Below, piece after piece: positions 37,676 to 48,416 of a DNA stretch of 64,000 nucleotides. Numbering within the stretch: the first letter of the stretch is position 1; each line of letters begins with the position of its first letter. The DNA is taken from positions 20,386 to 84,385 of the forward strand of contig JAXMNT010000033.1 in the NCBI GenBank assembly GCA_034670305.1. Direction: 5' to 3'. Source of the stretch: Deltaproteobacteria bacterium. GTDB taxonomy: Bacteria; Myxococcota_A; Polyangia; Polyangiales; Houyiibacteriaceae. Under the pieces are notes generated by a model that saw nothing but the letters and a program-made list of their open reading frames with translations, made no database searches and was not told the origin of the DNA. The position numbers and the translations under genes were made by a program.

Positions 37676-38518
37676 TCAGGTCGACGACAAGAGCTGGGCG
37701 AACCGGGGGGCGCCCGAGCGGCGCACGGTCCGGACGGTCGCGCAGGTGGTGTCGCCGCAGCCGATCTCATGGTCGAACACCAGCTCGTCCGCCGAGACGC
37801 GGCCCACCCGCCGGGTGCGCACCCAAGCCGATTCTCCGGCCACCATGCCCTTGCTGTACGACACCTTCTCGGCCACCGGGACGAGCTCCGCCGGGTCCAT
37901 GCCCGCGTCGGCCATCGCGCGCGACACCGACTCGTCCGCCCAGTCGAGGTACGCCGGATGGTTCACGTGGGCGAGGGGATCCATCCAGGTGTGCCAGACC
38001 TGGAACTCGAAGCCGCCCGTCTGGGCTGCGGAGGTACCGGCCGCTTCTTCGGTCTCGAACGCCGGCATCGCGGGCACCGAGTCCGGGTCGAGGTCGACCA
38101 CCGGAAACGCATCGCTCAAAGAGGCCGGCGCGCGCGCTGCGGCGAGCTGCAAGATCCCCTCGCCGTCTTTCTCCGCATGCACGTGCACCCACTCCTGGGA
38201 GCCGCGTGCGATGTCACCGCGGTCGCTCGTGATCCGGATCTCTCGCGTGGAGAAGATGCCGCGGCGAAACCGGCGCACCCAGGTCTTCGCGTGGAGCGTC
38301 TCCCCGTAGACCGCCTCCCGGTCGTGCACGACCGTCATCGAACGCATCACGAACGCGGACCCGGTCTCGCGGTACCGGCCCGGAGGCCAACCCGCGCGGG
38401 TCGATCCCTCGACGGCGACCTCTTGCATGGCCCGCCACACATCCCCGGCCCTCGCCGCGTCACGCACCGAGAACGCGTGGCGGGGCAAGCCGACTTCGAA
38501 ACTCCACTCCGACTGCAC
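37676..38518 (-). CDS. Double hot-dog acyl-ACP/acyl-CoA thioesterase
   Basis: C-terminal 280 aa of the long track ORF; QEVAV..S, MDPLAHVNH..YL.W..E. Confidence 0.8.
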   Translation of the reverse strand: MQSEWSFEVGLPRHAFSVRDAARAGDVWRAMQEVAVEGSTRAGWPPGRYRETGSAFVMRSMTVVHDREAVYGETLHAKTWVRRFRRGIFSTREIRITSDRGDIARGSQEWVHVHAEKDGEGILQLAAARAPASLSDAFPVVDLDPDSVPAMPAFETEEAAGTSAAQTGGFEFQVWHTWMDPLAHVNHPAYLDWADESVSRAMADAGMDPAELVPVAEKVSYSKGMVAGESAWVRTRRVGRVSADELVFDHEIGCGDTTCATVRTVRRSGAPRFAQLLSST

Positions 38519-38617
38519 GACGCTCTTTACCGCCCCGCGACAGTCGGCGCACGGGGGTTCCTGGCCCGAACCTGCGGACCCTTCCTTGGCGGGTACGCGG
38601 CTGGTACGGTCACACCG

Positions 38618-40015
38618 ATGGTCAGCATCGGATCGACCGTCGGTCGATACGAGATTGTGGCTCAGCTCGACTCGGGCGGAATGGCGGACCTCTTCCTCGG
38701 CCGGCGGGCACGGGACGGCCGTTGCTTCGCGCTGAAGTCCCCGAAGACGCCCAAAGACCCGGCCGATCCGCTGCGGCGCATGTTTCTCGACGAAGCCCGG
38801 ATCGCCGCGCACATCCGCCACGAGAACGTCGTCCAGATCGAAGAGCTCGTCGAAGTCGACGGTCGGCCCTTTCTGGTCATGGAATATCTGCCCGGGCTCT
38901 CGCTGAGCGGGCTCTTGCGCGAAGTCGTCAAACGGCAGCGCCGCCTCACCCCCGTCAGCGCGGTGGCCATCGGCGCACAGATCGCCGCCGGCTTGCACGC
39001 CGCGCATGAGACCAAGGACTCCGGTGGCCAGCTGCTGAACGTGGTGCACCGCGACATCAGCCCGCAGAACATCATTCTCTCCGCCAACGGCGACATCAAA
39101 CTCATCGACTTCGGCATCGCGAAAGCGCGCGACCGGCTGGTGAAGACACGCGCCAACCAGGTGAAGGGCAAGCTCCGCTACATGGCGCCCGAGCAGATGC
39201 GCCAGCAGCCGATGGATCGCCGCACCGACATCTTCGCGCTCGGCATCGTGCTCTGGGAGATGCTCGCGATGCGCCGGCTCTTCCATCGGCTGGGCGACGC
39301 GGAGGTCGTGCGTCGCATCATGGCGGGAGAGTTCTCGCCCCCCGGAAAGTTTGCGCCGGTCCCCCACGACGTCGACCAGCTGGTGCTGCGGTGTCTGGAT
39401 CCCGATCCCGAGCGACGTCCCGCCACCGCCGACGCCCTGCGCGCGGGTCTCTTGGCCGCGGTCCCTGGCGCCGCGGCGCTCGAGCGGAACGAGATCGCGT
39501 CGCTCGTCTGGGCCATGCACGGCTCGCAGCTGATGCATCACATCGCCACGCTCTCGGTGACCGCCCAGGATCTGGGCCTTTCCAAACCGCCGATGTCGGC
39601 GGACGAGATCGTGCCGCTCCGGACCGAACCGATGGAACAGGACGCCGCCGTCCTCGCCCTCGCGGAAGACGACGCCACCGAAGCGGGCATGTCGCTCCCC
39701 ACCGACTCGAGCGTCGCGGTGCTCGACCGCGACAAGGCGCCCGCGGCCCAGGTCTTCGCACCGCCCCCCAAAGTGCTCGCGCCCATCGCTGCGCCATCGG
39801 TGCCGGCCGTCGACGAGAGCCCCCCGCTGCCGCGCATCTCCCACCGCCCTTCTCCCGTGCCACCCCCGCCCAGCATTCAACCCGCCGCCGACTTGGACGA
39901 CGGATACCAGCCCGTTCGCACGATGGGCCGCGGGGTGTGGGTGGTGCTCGCGGTGGTGATCCTGGTCGGATTCGCCCTCGCCGCCTGGGCCGCCGCCGGT
40001 TTCCCAGGCTCCTGA
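38618..40015 (+). CDS. Ser/Thr protein kinase with C-terminal TM helix
   Basis: GGMA, ALK, HRDISPQN, DFG, YMAPE, DIFALG. Confidence 0.95.
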   Translation: MVSIGSTVGRYEIVAQLDSGGMADLFLGRRARDGRCFALKSPKTPKDPADPLRRMFLDEARIAAHIRHENVVQIEELVEVDGRPFLVMEYLPGLSLSGLLREVVKRQRRLTPVSAVAIGAQIAAGLHAAHETKDSGGQLLNVVHRDISPQNIILSANGDIKLIDFGIAKARDRLVKTRANQVKGKLRYMAPEQMRQQPMDRRTDIFALGIVLWEMLAMRRLFHRLGDAEVVRRIMAGEFSPPGKFAPVPHDVDQLVLRCLDPDPERRPATADALRAGLLAAVPGAAALERNEIASLVWAMHGSQLMHHIATLSVTAQDLGLSKPPMSADEIVPLRTEPMEQDAAVLALAEDDATEAGMSLPTDSSVAVLDRDKAPAAQVFAPPPKVLAPIAAPSVPAVDESPPLPRISHRPSPVPPPPSIQPAADLDDGYQPVRTMGRGVWVVLAVVILVGFALAAWAAAGFPGS

Positions 40016-40057
40016 GGAAGCCCGCAAGAGACGCCAGGGCGTGGTACCGTCCGGTGC

Positions 40058-41407
40058 GTGTCCGCCCGCCCGATTCCCCCGCGGCTTGGCGCCTACGAGA
40101 TCCTCTCGGAGGTCAAAAGCGGCGGAATGGCCACGCTCTACCTCGGGCGCCGATCGGGACCGGCTGGGTTCTCTCGAACGGTCGCGATCAAGGTCCTCAA
40201 AGACCACCTCGCGCACAACACCCAGTTCATCAAGATGTTCATCGACGAGGCGCGCATCGCCTCTCGGATCACGCACCCCAACGTGGTGCACATCGAAGAA
40301 CTGGGAGAAGCGCACGGCCAGTACTTCCTCGTCATGGAGTACGTGCACGGCGCGTCGCTCGGGGAGTTCCTCACGCGCGTGGCGCAGATGGAGCGAAGGC
40401 TTCACCCGAAAGCGGCCGTCGCCGTGATCATGGCCGCCGCCGCTGGGCTTCACGCCGCCCACGAGACCCGGGACGACGAAGGCAACCTGCTCAACGTCGT
40501 GCACCGCGACGTCAGCCCGCAGAACATCCTCGTCGGCGCCAAGGGCGAGGTGAAGCTCATCGACTTCGGCATCGCCAAGGCGCGCAACCGGCTTCACGTG
40601 ACGGACGCGAGCGGCGGGCTCAAGGGCAAGCTGCGCTACATGGCCCCCGAGCAGCTCGAGCGCGGCGAGGTCGACCGACGCGTCGACGTCTACGCTCTCG
40701 CGGTCGTGCTCTGGGAGATCCTCGCGATGCGCCGGCTCTTTCACGGCGCGTCCGATCCCGAAGTCATCCAGCGCATCACCCGCGGCCAGCTCCCACCGCC
40801 CGGCGCGTTCGCCGACGTGCCCTTCGCGCTCGACGCGGTGGTGATGAAGGCCCTGAGTCACGACCCGGACAAACGGCCACAGACCGCGCGTGCATTTCGA
40901 CAGGCGCTCAAGGACGCGATCCCCGAAGCCGCCGCCGTCGACCCGGTCGAGCTCGCGTCGCTTCTCACCGCCACGATGGGTCTGGAGCTGGCCGAACGGG
41001 AAGGACGGCTGACCGGCCGCCCGTCGGGCAGCATGAGCACGTCCGAGCTCGACGTGCTTCCAGCCCAAGCGCTGCAGGATCTCACCGAACCGCTCGACCA
41101 GGTCGTGGGCGACCCCCAGACCGTGGTGGCGATGACCCCGATGAGCGACCGGGCCGTCGCGGTCCCAGCCCCCATGCTCGGCCGCAGTCCCAACGCTCCG
41201 TCCTTGCCGCCGGCCCCCGCCGCCCCTGTGCCCGCGCGGCCCGCAGGCCGAGGCATCGACTGGAAGACGATCGCCCTGATCATCGGAGGGTTGCTCGTCG
41301 GTGCGGCGATCGCCGGTGGCGCGATCTTCATCCTGCGCGCGAACCGGGCGCCGGAGCCGATCCTCACCCCGCTGCCCACCCACGAAGCCCCGATCCCGCC
41401 CGGCTGA
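40058..41407 (+). CDS. Ser/Thr protein kinase with C-terminal TM helix (paralog of the preceding gene)
   Basis: GGMA, AIK, HRDVSPQN, DFG, YMAPE, DVYALA. Confidence 0.95.
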   Translation: MSARPIPPRLGAYEILSEVKSGGMATLYLGRRSGPAGFSRTVAIKVLKDHLAHNTQFIKMFIDEARIASRITHPNVVHIEELGEAHGQYFLVMEYVHGASLGEFLTRVAQMERRLHPKAAVAVIMAAAAGLHAAHETRDDEGNLLNVVHRDVSPQNILVGAKGEVKLIDFGIAKARNRLHVTDASGGLKGKLRYMAPEQLERGEVDRRVDVYALAVVLWEILAMRRLFHGASDPEVIQRITRGQLPPPGAFADVPFALDAVVMKALSHDPDKRPQTARAFRQALKDAIPEAAAVDPVELASLLTATMGLELAEREGRLTGRPSGSMSTSELDVLPAQALQDLTEPLDQVVGDPQTVVAMTPMSDRAVAVPAPMLGRSPNAPSLPPAPAAPVPARPAGRGIDWKTIALIIGGLLVGAAIAGGAIFILRANRAPEPILTPLPTHEAPIPPG

Positions 41408-41447
41408 TCGTCTCTCGCAGCGGCGCCGACACAGGTATGCTCGCGCC

Positions 41448-41852
41448 ATGAGTACCTCCCTCCGCTTCGTCGTCGCGTGTGTTGCCCTCTCCGCGTGTGC
41501 GTCCGGTCCGCAGATCGCCCCCGAACAGCGGCTTGCCGATCTCGCCGCGGCCACCCACACGCCGGTGGGGTCACCGGACGACGCGGCCGCCAACAGCTTG
41601 GTCGTGCAGGGGGTCGTCGACCACGACACCCTCATGCGCATGGCACGCCATGAAGTCGAAGAAGCCATCGGCCGCGGCGAGACGTGCTCGCGTCACCCGC
41701 GCTGCGGCACCAACGGGTTCAACGACGACGACTGGTTCTACTCCGTCGGCACCCAGCGCGAGGGGTACGCGGGGGCGGTGCCGATCCTGATTGTCGGATT
41801 CGACCGCGAGGGTCGCGTGACCCGCGTGTGGAACCTCCGCATGCACGACTGA
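41448..41852 (+). CDS. Small lipoprotein, BamE/SmpA-like fold possible
   Basis: LSAC lipobox; W.Y..G ... L.V.FD..G.V. Confidence 0.7.
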   Translation: MSTSLRFVVACVALSACASGPQIAPEQRLADLAAATHTPVGSPDDAAANSLVVQGVVDHDTLMRMARHEVEEAIGRGETCSRHPRCGTNGFNDDDWFYSVGTQREGYAGAVPILIVGFDREGRVTRVWNLRMHD

Positions 41853-44050
41853 TGTCCCTGCGCTGCATGCTCGCGGCGTTCGGGATCTGGCTCGGCGCTT
41901 GGACGGCCACCGCTTCTGCGGAGGCGGTGATCGGACCAGGCCGGGAAGCGGAGGTCGAAGGGCTCTTCGCGCCACACCGACTCGGCGCCGAAGTGCCCGC
42001 GGGGTCGGGGCGGTACTTCGTCTCGATCGCGATCGAGATCGACACCATCGAGCTCGGCATCGGACCCACGCCGACGTCGCCGGCAGACGAACGTTTGGTG
42101 CTCACGCGTCGCATTCAGCTTGGCGAGTCCGCGAGTTTTTCGGTGGATCGGGAGACGGACTCAGCGAGCGCAGACGCGCTCGTGGACGCCCTCGTGGCGA
42201 ACGACGACGGGACGTTCTGGGATCGCGCGTTCGTCCCCACACCGAATCGGGGGGGCCACGCCGGGCGGGACCGAGCCACCCTGGCGGTGTGGGTGGGCTG
42301 GGTGCCGTGGACGCACCCAGTCTTCGGCGTCGTGGCGCTGCTCGCCGCGCTGCTCTTGATCCTGCTTTTGACCTGGCGCGCGTTCGGCATCCTGCACCCC
42401 AACCGACCAAGGGTGCGCATGGCGATGTCCGTGCTCGCCGTCGTCGTCGCGTCGGGTTTCGTCCGATGGGCGATCTCTCCGCGCAGCATGCTGGGGGCGT
42501 GGGTGTGGACACGGAACACCGAGCTGCAGCGCTGGGTCTGGGACAGCGACGCGTTCACGCGCCTGAACGACTGGTGGGGCGGCAGCTGGCTGCTCGTGGA
42601 CACATGGACGGGCGTCGGATTCGCGTGCGCGCTTCTGACCCCACTGGCCGTCTACGCCCACGGAGCGCTTCTGCTCGGGACCCACCAGCGGGGTCTGTGG
42701 GTGGCGGCATTCGTCGCGGCCTCCCCGATTCACATGCGGTTCTCGGCCAGCGAGGTCGCCTTCATCCCGTCGATCTTGTTCTCCTCGACCTTCTTCGCCG
42801 CGATGCACATCGCGCTCAAGGACCAGAGCCGCTGGCGGTTCGTCGGACTCGCGGCGCTGCCCCCGTTGTCGCTCTTGGTGGTGACCGCGCGCCCCCTGAA
42901 CTTCCTGTTCGCCTTCTTGATGGTGGGCTGGCTCGTCTTCGCCTACCGGCGCCCGGAACCGAACGCCGGCTCCAGCACGACGCCCACGGACAGCACGGAC
43001 AGCACTGCGACGCCCACGGAAAGCACCGCGACGCCCACGGAAAGCACCGCGAGCGGATCGAATGGCGCTGCCGTGCCCTCGCCCGCACGACGCTGGCTGG
43101 TCGGCCTGATCGTCGCCATCCCGAGCGCCGCCGGCGCCTACGTGCACCTCTCCGAAAGCTATGGGTCGCAGGTTCAGCAAGGCGCCAGCCTGGACACCCT
43201 CTGGCGCGCCATTCCCGCGCTCTTCTCCCCCAAAGCCAACACCCTGCTCGACGCCTCGGTGACACCGCTCGCGATGCTCTTCTTCGTCGCGCTGGCGTTC
43301 CGATCGTGGAAGAAGGAACGGGCGCGCCTTGCGTTTCTGGTCGTGTGGTTTCTGGTCTTCTTCGGGACCCACGCGTTCGTCATCGTCGAGTCGGTGCTGA
43401 TTCAGACCCGGTACCAGCTCCACCTGGTGGTTCCGATCGCCATGCTGGCGGCGCTCGGGATGACGAATGCGTGGAACGCGAGCCAACCCAGACCGGGCCG
43501 CTGGCCGTGGCAGCGGGGGGTGGTGCTGGTCCTGTGTGGCTGGGTCGGACTCGGACCAGTCCTCCACGCCGCATTCGTCACGGACCTGAGCTCGAACGAC
43601 ATCCAAGAGTTCGAGTTCGTGCGCGCGAGCTCCGAGCTCGTGCCGGATGGGTGCGAGGTGCTCGAGGTCGCCGCCCTCGAGATGGGCGCCCGCTACGGCC
43701 GCTTCGCGTCCGTCGTCCGCGATGGGAGACGAACCGAGCGGTTCGGCTCGACCCGATTGTCGCCCGGCGACGAAGTGCCGGCGCGGACCAACCCATGCCT
43801 CTTCCTCTACGAGGGGCTGCTCTGCCAGACCTTGGCCGATCCGGATGGTGGCCTGGCCCAGACCTGTGGGTCCGTCCTCCGTTCCGCTCGGTGGCAGCGG
43901 GTTGCAGAGACGGAATTCGAGAGCCGCGTCGGCGATCACAACCTCGCGACCCGCGCGGACTTGCCCGATCGGGTGCGACTCACCCTGTATCGGGCCGAAC
44001 CAGACCGCGAGCCCGACTCCCGGACCGAACCCCGAGACGGCGCACCCTGA
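41852..44050 (+). CDS. Polytopic membrane protein, GT-C glycosyltransferase-like
   Basis: Signal peptide, N-terminal soluble module, many TM segments, P.H.RFSASE, RP and RY motifs, Cys-containing C-terminal domain; TGATG coupled. Confidence 0.7.
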   Translation: MSLRCMLAAFGIWLGAWTATASAEAVIGPGREAEVEGLFAPHRLGAEVPAGSGRYFVSIAIEIDTIELGIGPTPTSPADERLVLTRRIQLGESASFSVDRETDSASADALVDALVANDDGTFWDRAFVPTPNRGGHAGRDRATLAVWVGWVPWTHPVFGVVALLAALLLILLLTWRAFGILHPNRPRVRMAMSVLAVVVASGFVRWAISPRSMLGAWVWTRNTELQRWVWDSDAFTRLNDWWGGSWLLVDTWTGVGFACALLTPLAVYAHGALLLGTHQRGLWVAAFVAASPIHMRFSASEVAFIPSILFSSTFFAAMHIALKDQSRWRFVGLAALPPLSLLVVTARPLNFLFAFLMVGWLVFAYRRPEPNAGSSTTPTDSTDSTATPTESTATPTESTASGSNGAAVPSPARRWLVGLIVAIPSAAGAYVHLSESYGSQVQQGASLDTLWRAIPALFSPKANTLLDASVTPLAMLFFVALAFRSWKKERARLAFLVVWFLVFFGTHAFVIVESVLIQTRYQLHLVVPIAMLAALGMTNAWNASQPRPGRWPWQRGVVLVLCGWVGLGPVLHAAFVTDLSSNDIQEFEFVRASSELVPDGCEVLEVAALEMGARYGRFASVVRDGRRTERFGSTRLSPGDEVPARTNPCLFLYEGLLCQTLADPDGGLAQTCGSVLRSARWQRVAETEFESRVGDHNLATRADLPDRVRLTLYRAEPDREPDSRTEPRDGAP

Positions 44051-44109
44051 ATCGCTGCGGCGGACGCGAGCACTGGCGCGTCCGAGGATGCACCGTCAGA
44101 CTCGCCCCC

Positions 44110-45183
44110 GTGGGGGCCTCTTCGAGCACACCGCCGGAACTCGATCCGGTGTCGCAGGCGGACGTTGAAAAGCGTGCCGCAGCATTCGACGTGCTCGTGC
44201 GGCTGACAGGCACGTTGAGCGAAGCGTCGGTTGGACTCGACACCGCGCTTCAGCTCATCACCGACGCCGCGCTGCATCTGTTTCGGGCGCAGCATGCGTC
44301 CCTCCGAGTGCTGGACGAGAGCGCGGAGATGTTGCTCTCCGGCGCGCGCAGCGGCGAGGGGCTCGACCGCGCACCCATGAAGTTTCGGAAGAACGAAGGT
44401 GTCATCGGCTGGGTCATCGCGTCGGGCAAGCGGGCTCGCATCGACGACACGGACGTGGACGACCGCTTCGTCACCCGCGGTGGCCAGGGCTACCGCATCC
44501 GCTCGATGCTCTGCGTGCCGCTCTTCTCCGGCGGCCGCATCATCGGCTGCCTCGCGCTGACCTCGCCCGAAGTCGGCTACTTCACCCCGGGCGACGAAGT
44601 GGTGCTGCAGTTGCTTGCCAACTGTGCGGTGCCGCCACTCGACCGCGCGCGGCTCGAACGGCTGGCGATCACCGACCCGCTCACCGGCGCGCTCAACCGC
44701 GGCCAGCTCGAAGGCACCCTCGAACGCGCCATGGCCCTCGCGCTCCGACAAGACTTCGCGCTCTCCTACCTGTCGATGGATCTCGATCACTTCAAACGGG
44801 TGAACGACGACCACGGCCACGCCGCCGGCGACCGGGTGCTGCGGGTCTTCGCGCAGCGGGTCCGTTCGGTGGTCCGCGCCGGCGACACGTTCATTCGGCG
44901 TGGCGGCGAAGAGTTCGTCCTGGTGATGCCGAGCGCCTCGCTCGAGGACGCGACCGCCGTCGGCGAACGCATCCGCAACGCCCTCAACGAAGAGAGTGTC
45001 GAGTTGCGCGAAGGCGTGCGCGTCGTGCAGCACGTCTCGATCGGCGTCGCGCTCTGGGACCGCCAGGAAACGGCCGGGTCACTGGACGAACGGGCGGACG
45101 CCGCGCTGTACACGGCCAAGCGGGAAGGCCGCGACCGGTTGAGCATCGCCCCGAGCACCGTCCCGAGCCCGAAGCGGAAGTAG
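44110..45183 (+). CDS. GAF-GGDEF diguanylate cyclase
   Basis: GAF (GVIGWV..G, D.RF, SMLCVPL), TDPLTG..NR, DLDHFK.VND..GH..GD, RRGGEEF. Confidence 0.93.
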   Translation: MGASSSTPPELDPVSQADVEKRAAAFDVLVRLTGTLSEASVGLDTALQLITDAALHLFRAQHASLRVLDESAEMLLSGARSGEGLDRAPMKFRKNEGVIGWVIASGKRARIDDTDVDDRFVTRGGQGYRIRSMLCVPLFSGGRIIGCLALTSPEVGYFTPGDEVVLQLLANCAVPPLDRARLERLAITDPLTGALNRGQLEGTLERAMALALRQDFALSYLSMDLDHFKRVNDDHGHAAGDRVLRVFAQRVRSVVRAGDTFIRRGGEEFVLVMPSASLEDATAVGERIRNALNEESVELREGVRVVQHVSIGVALWDRQETAGSLDERADAALYTAKREGRDRLSIAPSTVPSPKRK

Positions 45184-45196
45184 GCTTCGCGAACGC

Positions 45197-45418
45197 GTGC
45201 CCTTGCCCGTGCCCGAAGCTGAAGCCGAAGCCGAATCCGAATCCGAAGGAGAGGATGCGCTCCCCTTGCCCTTGCCCTTGCCCCTGCCCTTGCCCTCGGT
45301 GTCCGAAACCGAAGCCGAAGCCGATCCCGAAGCCGACGCCGAAGCCGATCCCGAAGCCGATCCCGAAGCCGATCCCGAAGCCGATCCCGACGCCGACGCC
45401 GACACCGACGCCGGCGCC
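45197..45418. repeat. Intergenic composite repeat (CCCTTG)n/(CCGAAG/CCGATC)n between convergent genes
   Basis: Directly visible; reverse complement of the repeat family at 20667 and 51846. Confidence 0.9.
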
Positions 45419-45426
45419 CGATCCCC

Positions 45427-46521
45427 TCAGCGGTCGAGGGGCAAGGTGAAGTCGTGGGGGGCGCCGGGGATGAAGGCGCTGGTTTGGCTGGAGACGGTGC
45501 GGACGCGGACGGTCGCGCTGGTCTCGTCGATCTCGAGCAAGCGGAGCCAGCCTTCGCCGCCGCGCTCACGCTCTTGGAAGTTCGAGAGCAGCTGGTGGAC
45601 GAAGCCGCCGTCCTCTTGGGCGCTCGTGAGCCGGCCGAGACCGTCGCCGAGCACATGGCCGCAGAGCACGAACTCGATCTGTCCGAAGCGCCAGACGAGC
45701 GCGTCGAAGATCTCCTGCCCGTCCTGCACACCGCCCGGCTCGGCGGCGACGCCGTAGCTGTAGGGGCTGTAGAACTGATCGGGCCGGGTGCGCGCGTCGT
45801 AGCGGGTGTCGTCCTCGTAGAGGTAGGCGTGGGTGATGAGGATCGTCGGCAACACCGGGTGGGCCTCGAGCGCGCGGGCCGCCCACGCCAAGACGTCGGG
45901 CCTTGGTCCGAACTCCAGCGAGAGCACGAGCCAGTCGCCCGTCGGCGTGGGCATTCGATAGAGCGCGTTCTCGAGCCGGCCGGGCACATGGCTCTCGACC
46001 AGACCGTGGGTGGCCACGAACGCGTCGTAGTCGAAGTGGTCGTTCAGGCGGGTGTCTCGGGTGTCCGCCGAACCTCCGGTTCCGAGATCGTGGTTGCCGA
46101 CCGCCAGCGCGAGCGGAAGGACTCCCTCGAACTGGTCGAGCGCGCGCTCCGCGACCGACCACTGCGCGACGGAGTTGTCGTCGACGATGTCGCCGAGGTG
46201 GAGCACGAACTGGGTGCGCAGCCGATCGCGTTCGTCGCGGACCCACGCGGCATGCGCCTCGAAGAGGGCCGGTTCGTCCCGCGCGTAGTACTGGGTGTCG
46301 GGCAGCACCGCGACGCGCCACGTCATTCCCGAACCCGCGTCCTCTCGGGCACCGTCGGATCCAGAGGCGTCGGAAGCCACGCTCGAATCCGCGGCTCGGC
46401 CACCGTCGGAGGGCGCGCCCGCATCGGGCGTCGCGGGATCGGAGCCGCACCCCAAGGCGATCGACACCGCGCCCACCGTCAGCGCGGCGCGGACAAGTCC
46501 GAGTAGGGCACCGATGCGCAC
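45427..46521 (-). CDS. Calcineurin-like metallophosphoesterase, putative lipoprotein (start uncertain)
   Basis: PDTQ, HLGD, GNHD, TH, CGH; ALGC lipobox. Confidence 0.85.
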   Translation of the reverse strand: MRIGALLGLVRAALTVGAVSIALGCGSDPATPDAGAPSDGGRAADSSVASDASGSDGAREDAGSGMTWRVAVLPDTQYYARDEPALFEAHAAWVRDERDRLRTQFVLHLGDIVDDNSVAQWSVAERALDQFEGVLPLALAVGNHDLGTGGSADTRDTRLNDHFDYDAFVATHGLVESHVPGRLENALYRMPTPTGDWLVLSLEFGPRPDVLAWAARALEAHPVLPTILITHAYLYEDDTRYDARTRPDQFYSPYSYGVAAEPGGVQDGQEIFDALVWRFGQIEFVLCGHVLGDGLGRLTSAQEDGGFVHQLLSNFQERERGGEGWLRLLEIDETSATVRVRTVSSQTSAFIPGAPHDFTLPLDR

Positions 46522-46619
46522 CCGAGCAGGCTGCGGCAAGTCCCTCCTCGATGCCAGCCCGCGCGAGAGACAACGTGTGCTACCTCTGCCAAATGCCCGC
46601 GGGTACGACTCGAACGTCG

Positions 46620-48395
46620 ATGTGTCGGAGGACGAACCCCTCCCTTCTCCAGCGTGAATCGCGCCCACCGATCTCGGCCGCGCTCCTCGCCTTGATGATC
46701 GCTGCGGGGTGTCAGACGCCCACGGCGGTGCCGGCGTACCCGACCCTCCCCGTCGTGCCCTCGTCGGTGCCCGAAGCCGAAGCCGCGCCCGCGGAGTTCA
46801 CCCTCACCGTCGTCGGCACCAACGACGTGCACGGACACTTCGAACGACTCGACGCGTTTGCCGGCCACCTCGCCGTCCTGCGTCGCCTGCGCGCCTCGAA
46901 CGGCGCCGTCGTGCTCCTCGATGCGGGCGACATGTGGCAAGGCACCCTTCCCTCGAACCTCGACGAAGGACAGTCCATGGTCCGCGCCTACGGCGCACTC
47001 GGCTACGACGCGGCCGCGATTGGCAACCACGAGTTCGACTACGGGCCCATCGGAGAACGGGCGACGCCAGGCAGTCCCGACGAGGACCCCCGCGGCGCCT
47101 TGCTCGCCCGAGTCGCCGAAGCGTCGTTCCCCATGCTGGGCGCCAACTTCCTCGACGACGCGTCCGGCGCGCCGGTCCAGTGGCCGGGGGTGGAGCGCAC
47201 GGTGCTCCTCGAGTACGGGGACGTGAAGGTCGGGGTCATCGGATTGAGCACGTTCGAGACGCTGCACACCACCATCTCCGCCAACGTGCGGGATCTGCGC
47301 ATGGCACCGCTCGCGGAAACCGTGGTCGAGCTCGGCGGCGCGCTGCGTGCGCAGGGGGCGGCGGTGGTGCTGGTCACCACCCACGCGGGCGGCCGCTGCT
47401 CGGAGTTCACCGATCCCGACGACCTGTCCAGCTGCGATGAAGACGAAGAGGTGATGCAGCTCGCGCGCGCCCTTCCGCCAGGGCTGGTCGACGTCATCGT
47501 CGGCGGCCACACCCATCAGGCGGTCGCGCACCGCGTGAACGGCATCGCCATCATCGAGAGCTGGGCGCTCGGCCACGCGTTCGGTCGCGTGGACCTCAAA
47601 CTGGTCGACGGCGCCGTCACCGAGTCGACGATCCATCCACCCCGTTTCGTATGCGAGGGACCGGCGCAGAGCTGCACCCCCGAAACCTACGAGGGCATGC
47701 CGGTGGAGCGCGTGGCGGAGATGGCTTCCCTCGTCGCCCCGGCGCTCGAAGCCGCGCGCAGCCTGCGCGACCGGCGCCTCGGCGTGACCCTGCCTGGCCG
47801 CATCGGACGGAGCTACCAAGCCGAGAGCCCGCTCGGGAACCTGCTCGCGGATCTGATGCGCGACGCCCGGCCCGGCGCGGACGTGGCGCTCCTCAACGCG
47901 GGCGGAGTTCGGGCCAGCCTCGACCCAGGACCGCTCACCTACGGCGCGCTCTACGAGACGTTTCCGTTCGACAACCGGTTCGCCACCGTCCGGATCCGCG
48001 CCGGCGACTTTCGCGACGTGCTCGCGGACAACCTCAGCTCCACCGCCGGTACGCTCATCCTCTCCGGCTTGACGTTGCGCGCGACGTGTCACGGAGACGA
48101 GTTGCGGGTGCAGCTGCGCGATGCGCGCAACCGGCCGGTCAGAGACAACCGCATGCTGACCGTGCTCACGAGCGACTACCTCGCGACCACCAGCGCGTTC
48201 GAGTCGTTGCCGGAGGGTGCGGTGACGATCGAAGAGGGTCGCCCGATGCGCGACGAGATCGCCGACTTGCTCGCACAGCGAACCGGCGAACTCCGTCCCG
48301 AATCGTCGTTCGACCCAGAGCGCCCCCGCTTTGCGCTTCCTTCTCGTCGGCCGGTGTCTTGTGGGGAAGCCCGGGAGCCGAGCGCCGACCGATGA
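46620..48395 (+). CDS. Bifunctional metallophosphatase/5'-nucleotidase lipoprotein
   Basis: NDVHG, DAGD..QG, GNHEFD, GGHTH, ESPLGN, N.GG.R, PFDN; AAGC lipobox. Confidence 0.92.
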   Translation: MCRRTNPSLLQRESRPPISAALLALMIAAGCQTPTAVPAYPTLPVVPSSVPEAEAAPAEFTLTVVGTNDVHGHFERLDAFAGHLAVLRRLRASNGAVVLLDAGDMWQGTLPSNLDEGQSMVRAYGALGYDAAAIGNHEFDYGPIGERATPGSPDEDPRGALLARVAEASFPMLGANFLDDASGAPVQWPGVERTVLLEYGDVKVGVIGLSTFETLHTTISANVRDLRMAPLAETVVELGGALRAQGAAVVLVTTHAGGRCSEFTDPDDLSSCDEDEEVMQLARALPPGLVDVIVGGHTHQAVAHRVNGIAIIESWALGHAFGRVDLKLVDGAVTESTIHPPRFVCEGPAQSCTPETYEGMPVERVAEMASLVAPALEAARSLRDRRLGVTLPGRIGRSYQAESPLGNLLADLMRDARPGADVALLNAGGVRASLDPGPLTYGALYETFPFDNRFATVRIRAGDFRDVLADNLSSTAGTLILSGLTLRATCHGDELRVQLRDARNRPVRDNRMLTVLTSDYLATTSAFESLPEGAVTIEEGRPMRDEIADLLAQRTGELRPESSFDPERPRFALPSRRPVSCGEAREPSADR

Positions 48396-48416
48396 CCTCG
48401 CCGTGAGCCGCGATCG

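Noticed and set aside
38519-41668. N-terminal 1050 aa of the 1330-aa minus-strand ORF
   Set aside because: Antisense to the two kinases; only the last 280 aa (thioesterase) look real
45197-45757. Low-complexity ORFs across intergenic repeats (PKPKP/EAEAE/SASAS)
   Set aside because: Stop-free reading is an automatic result of hexamer repeats, and they overlap real genes
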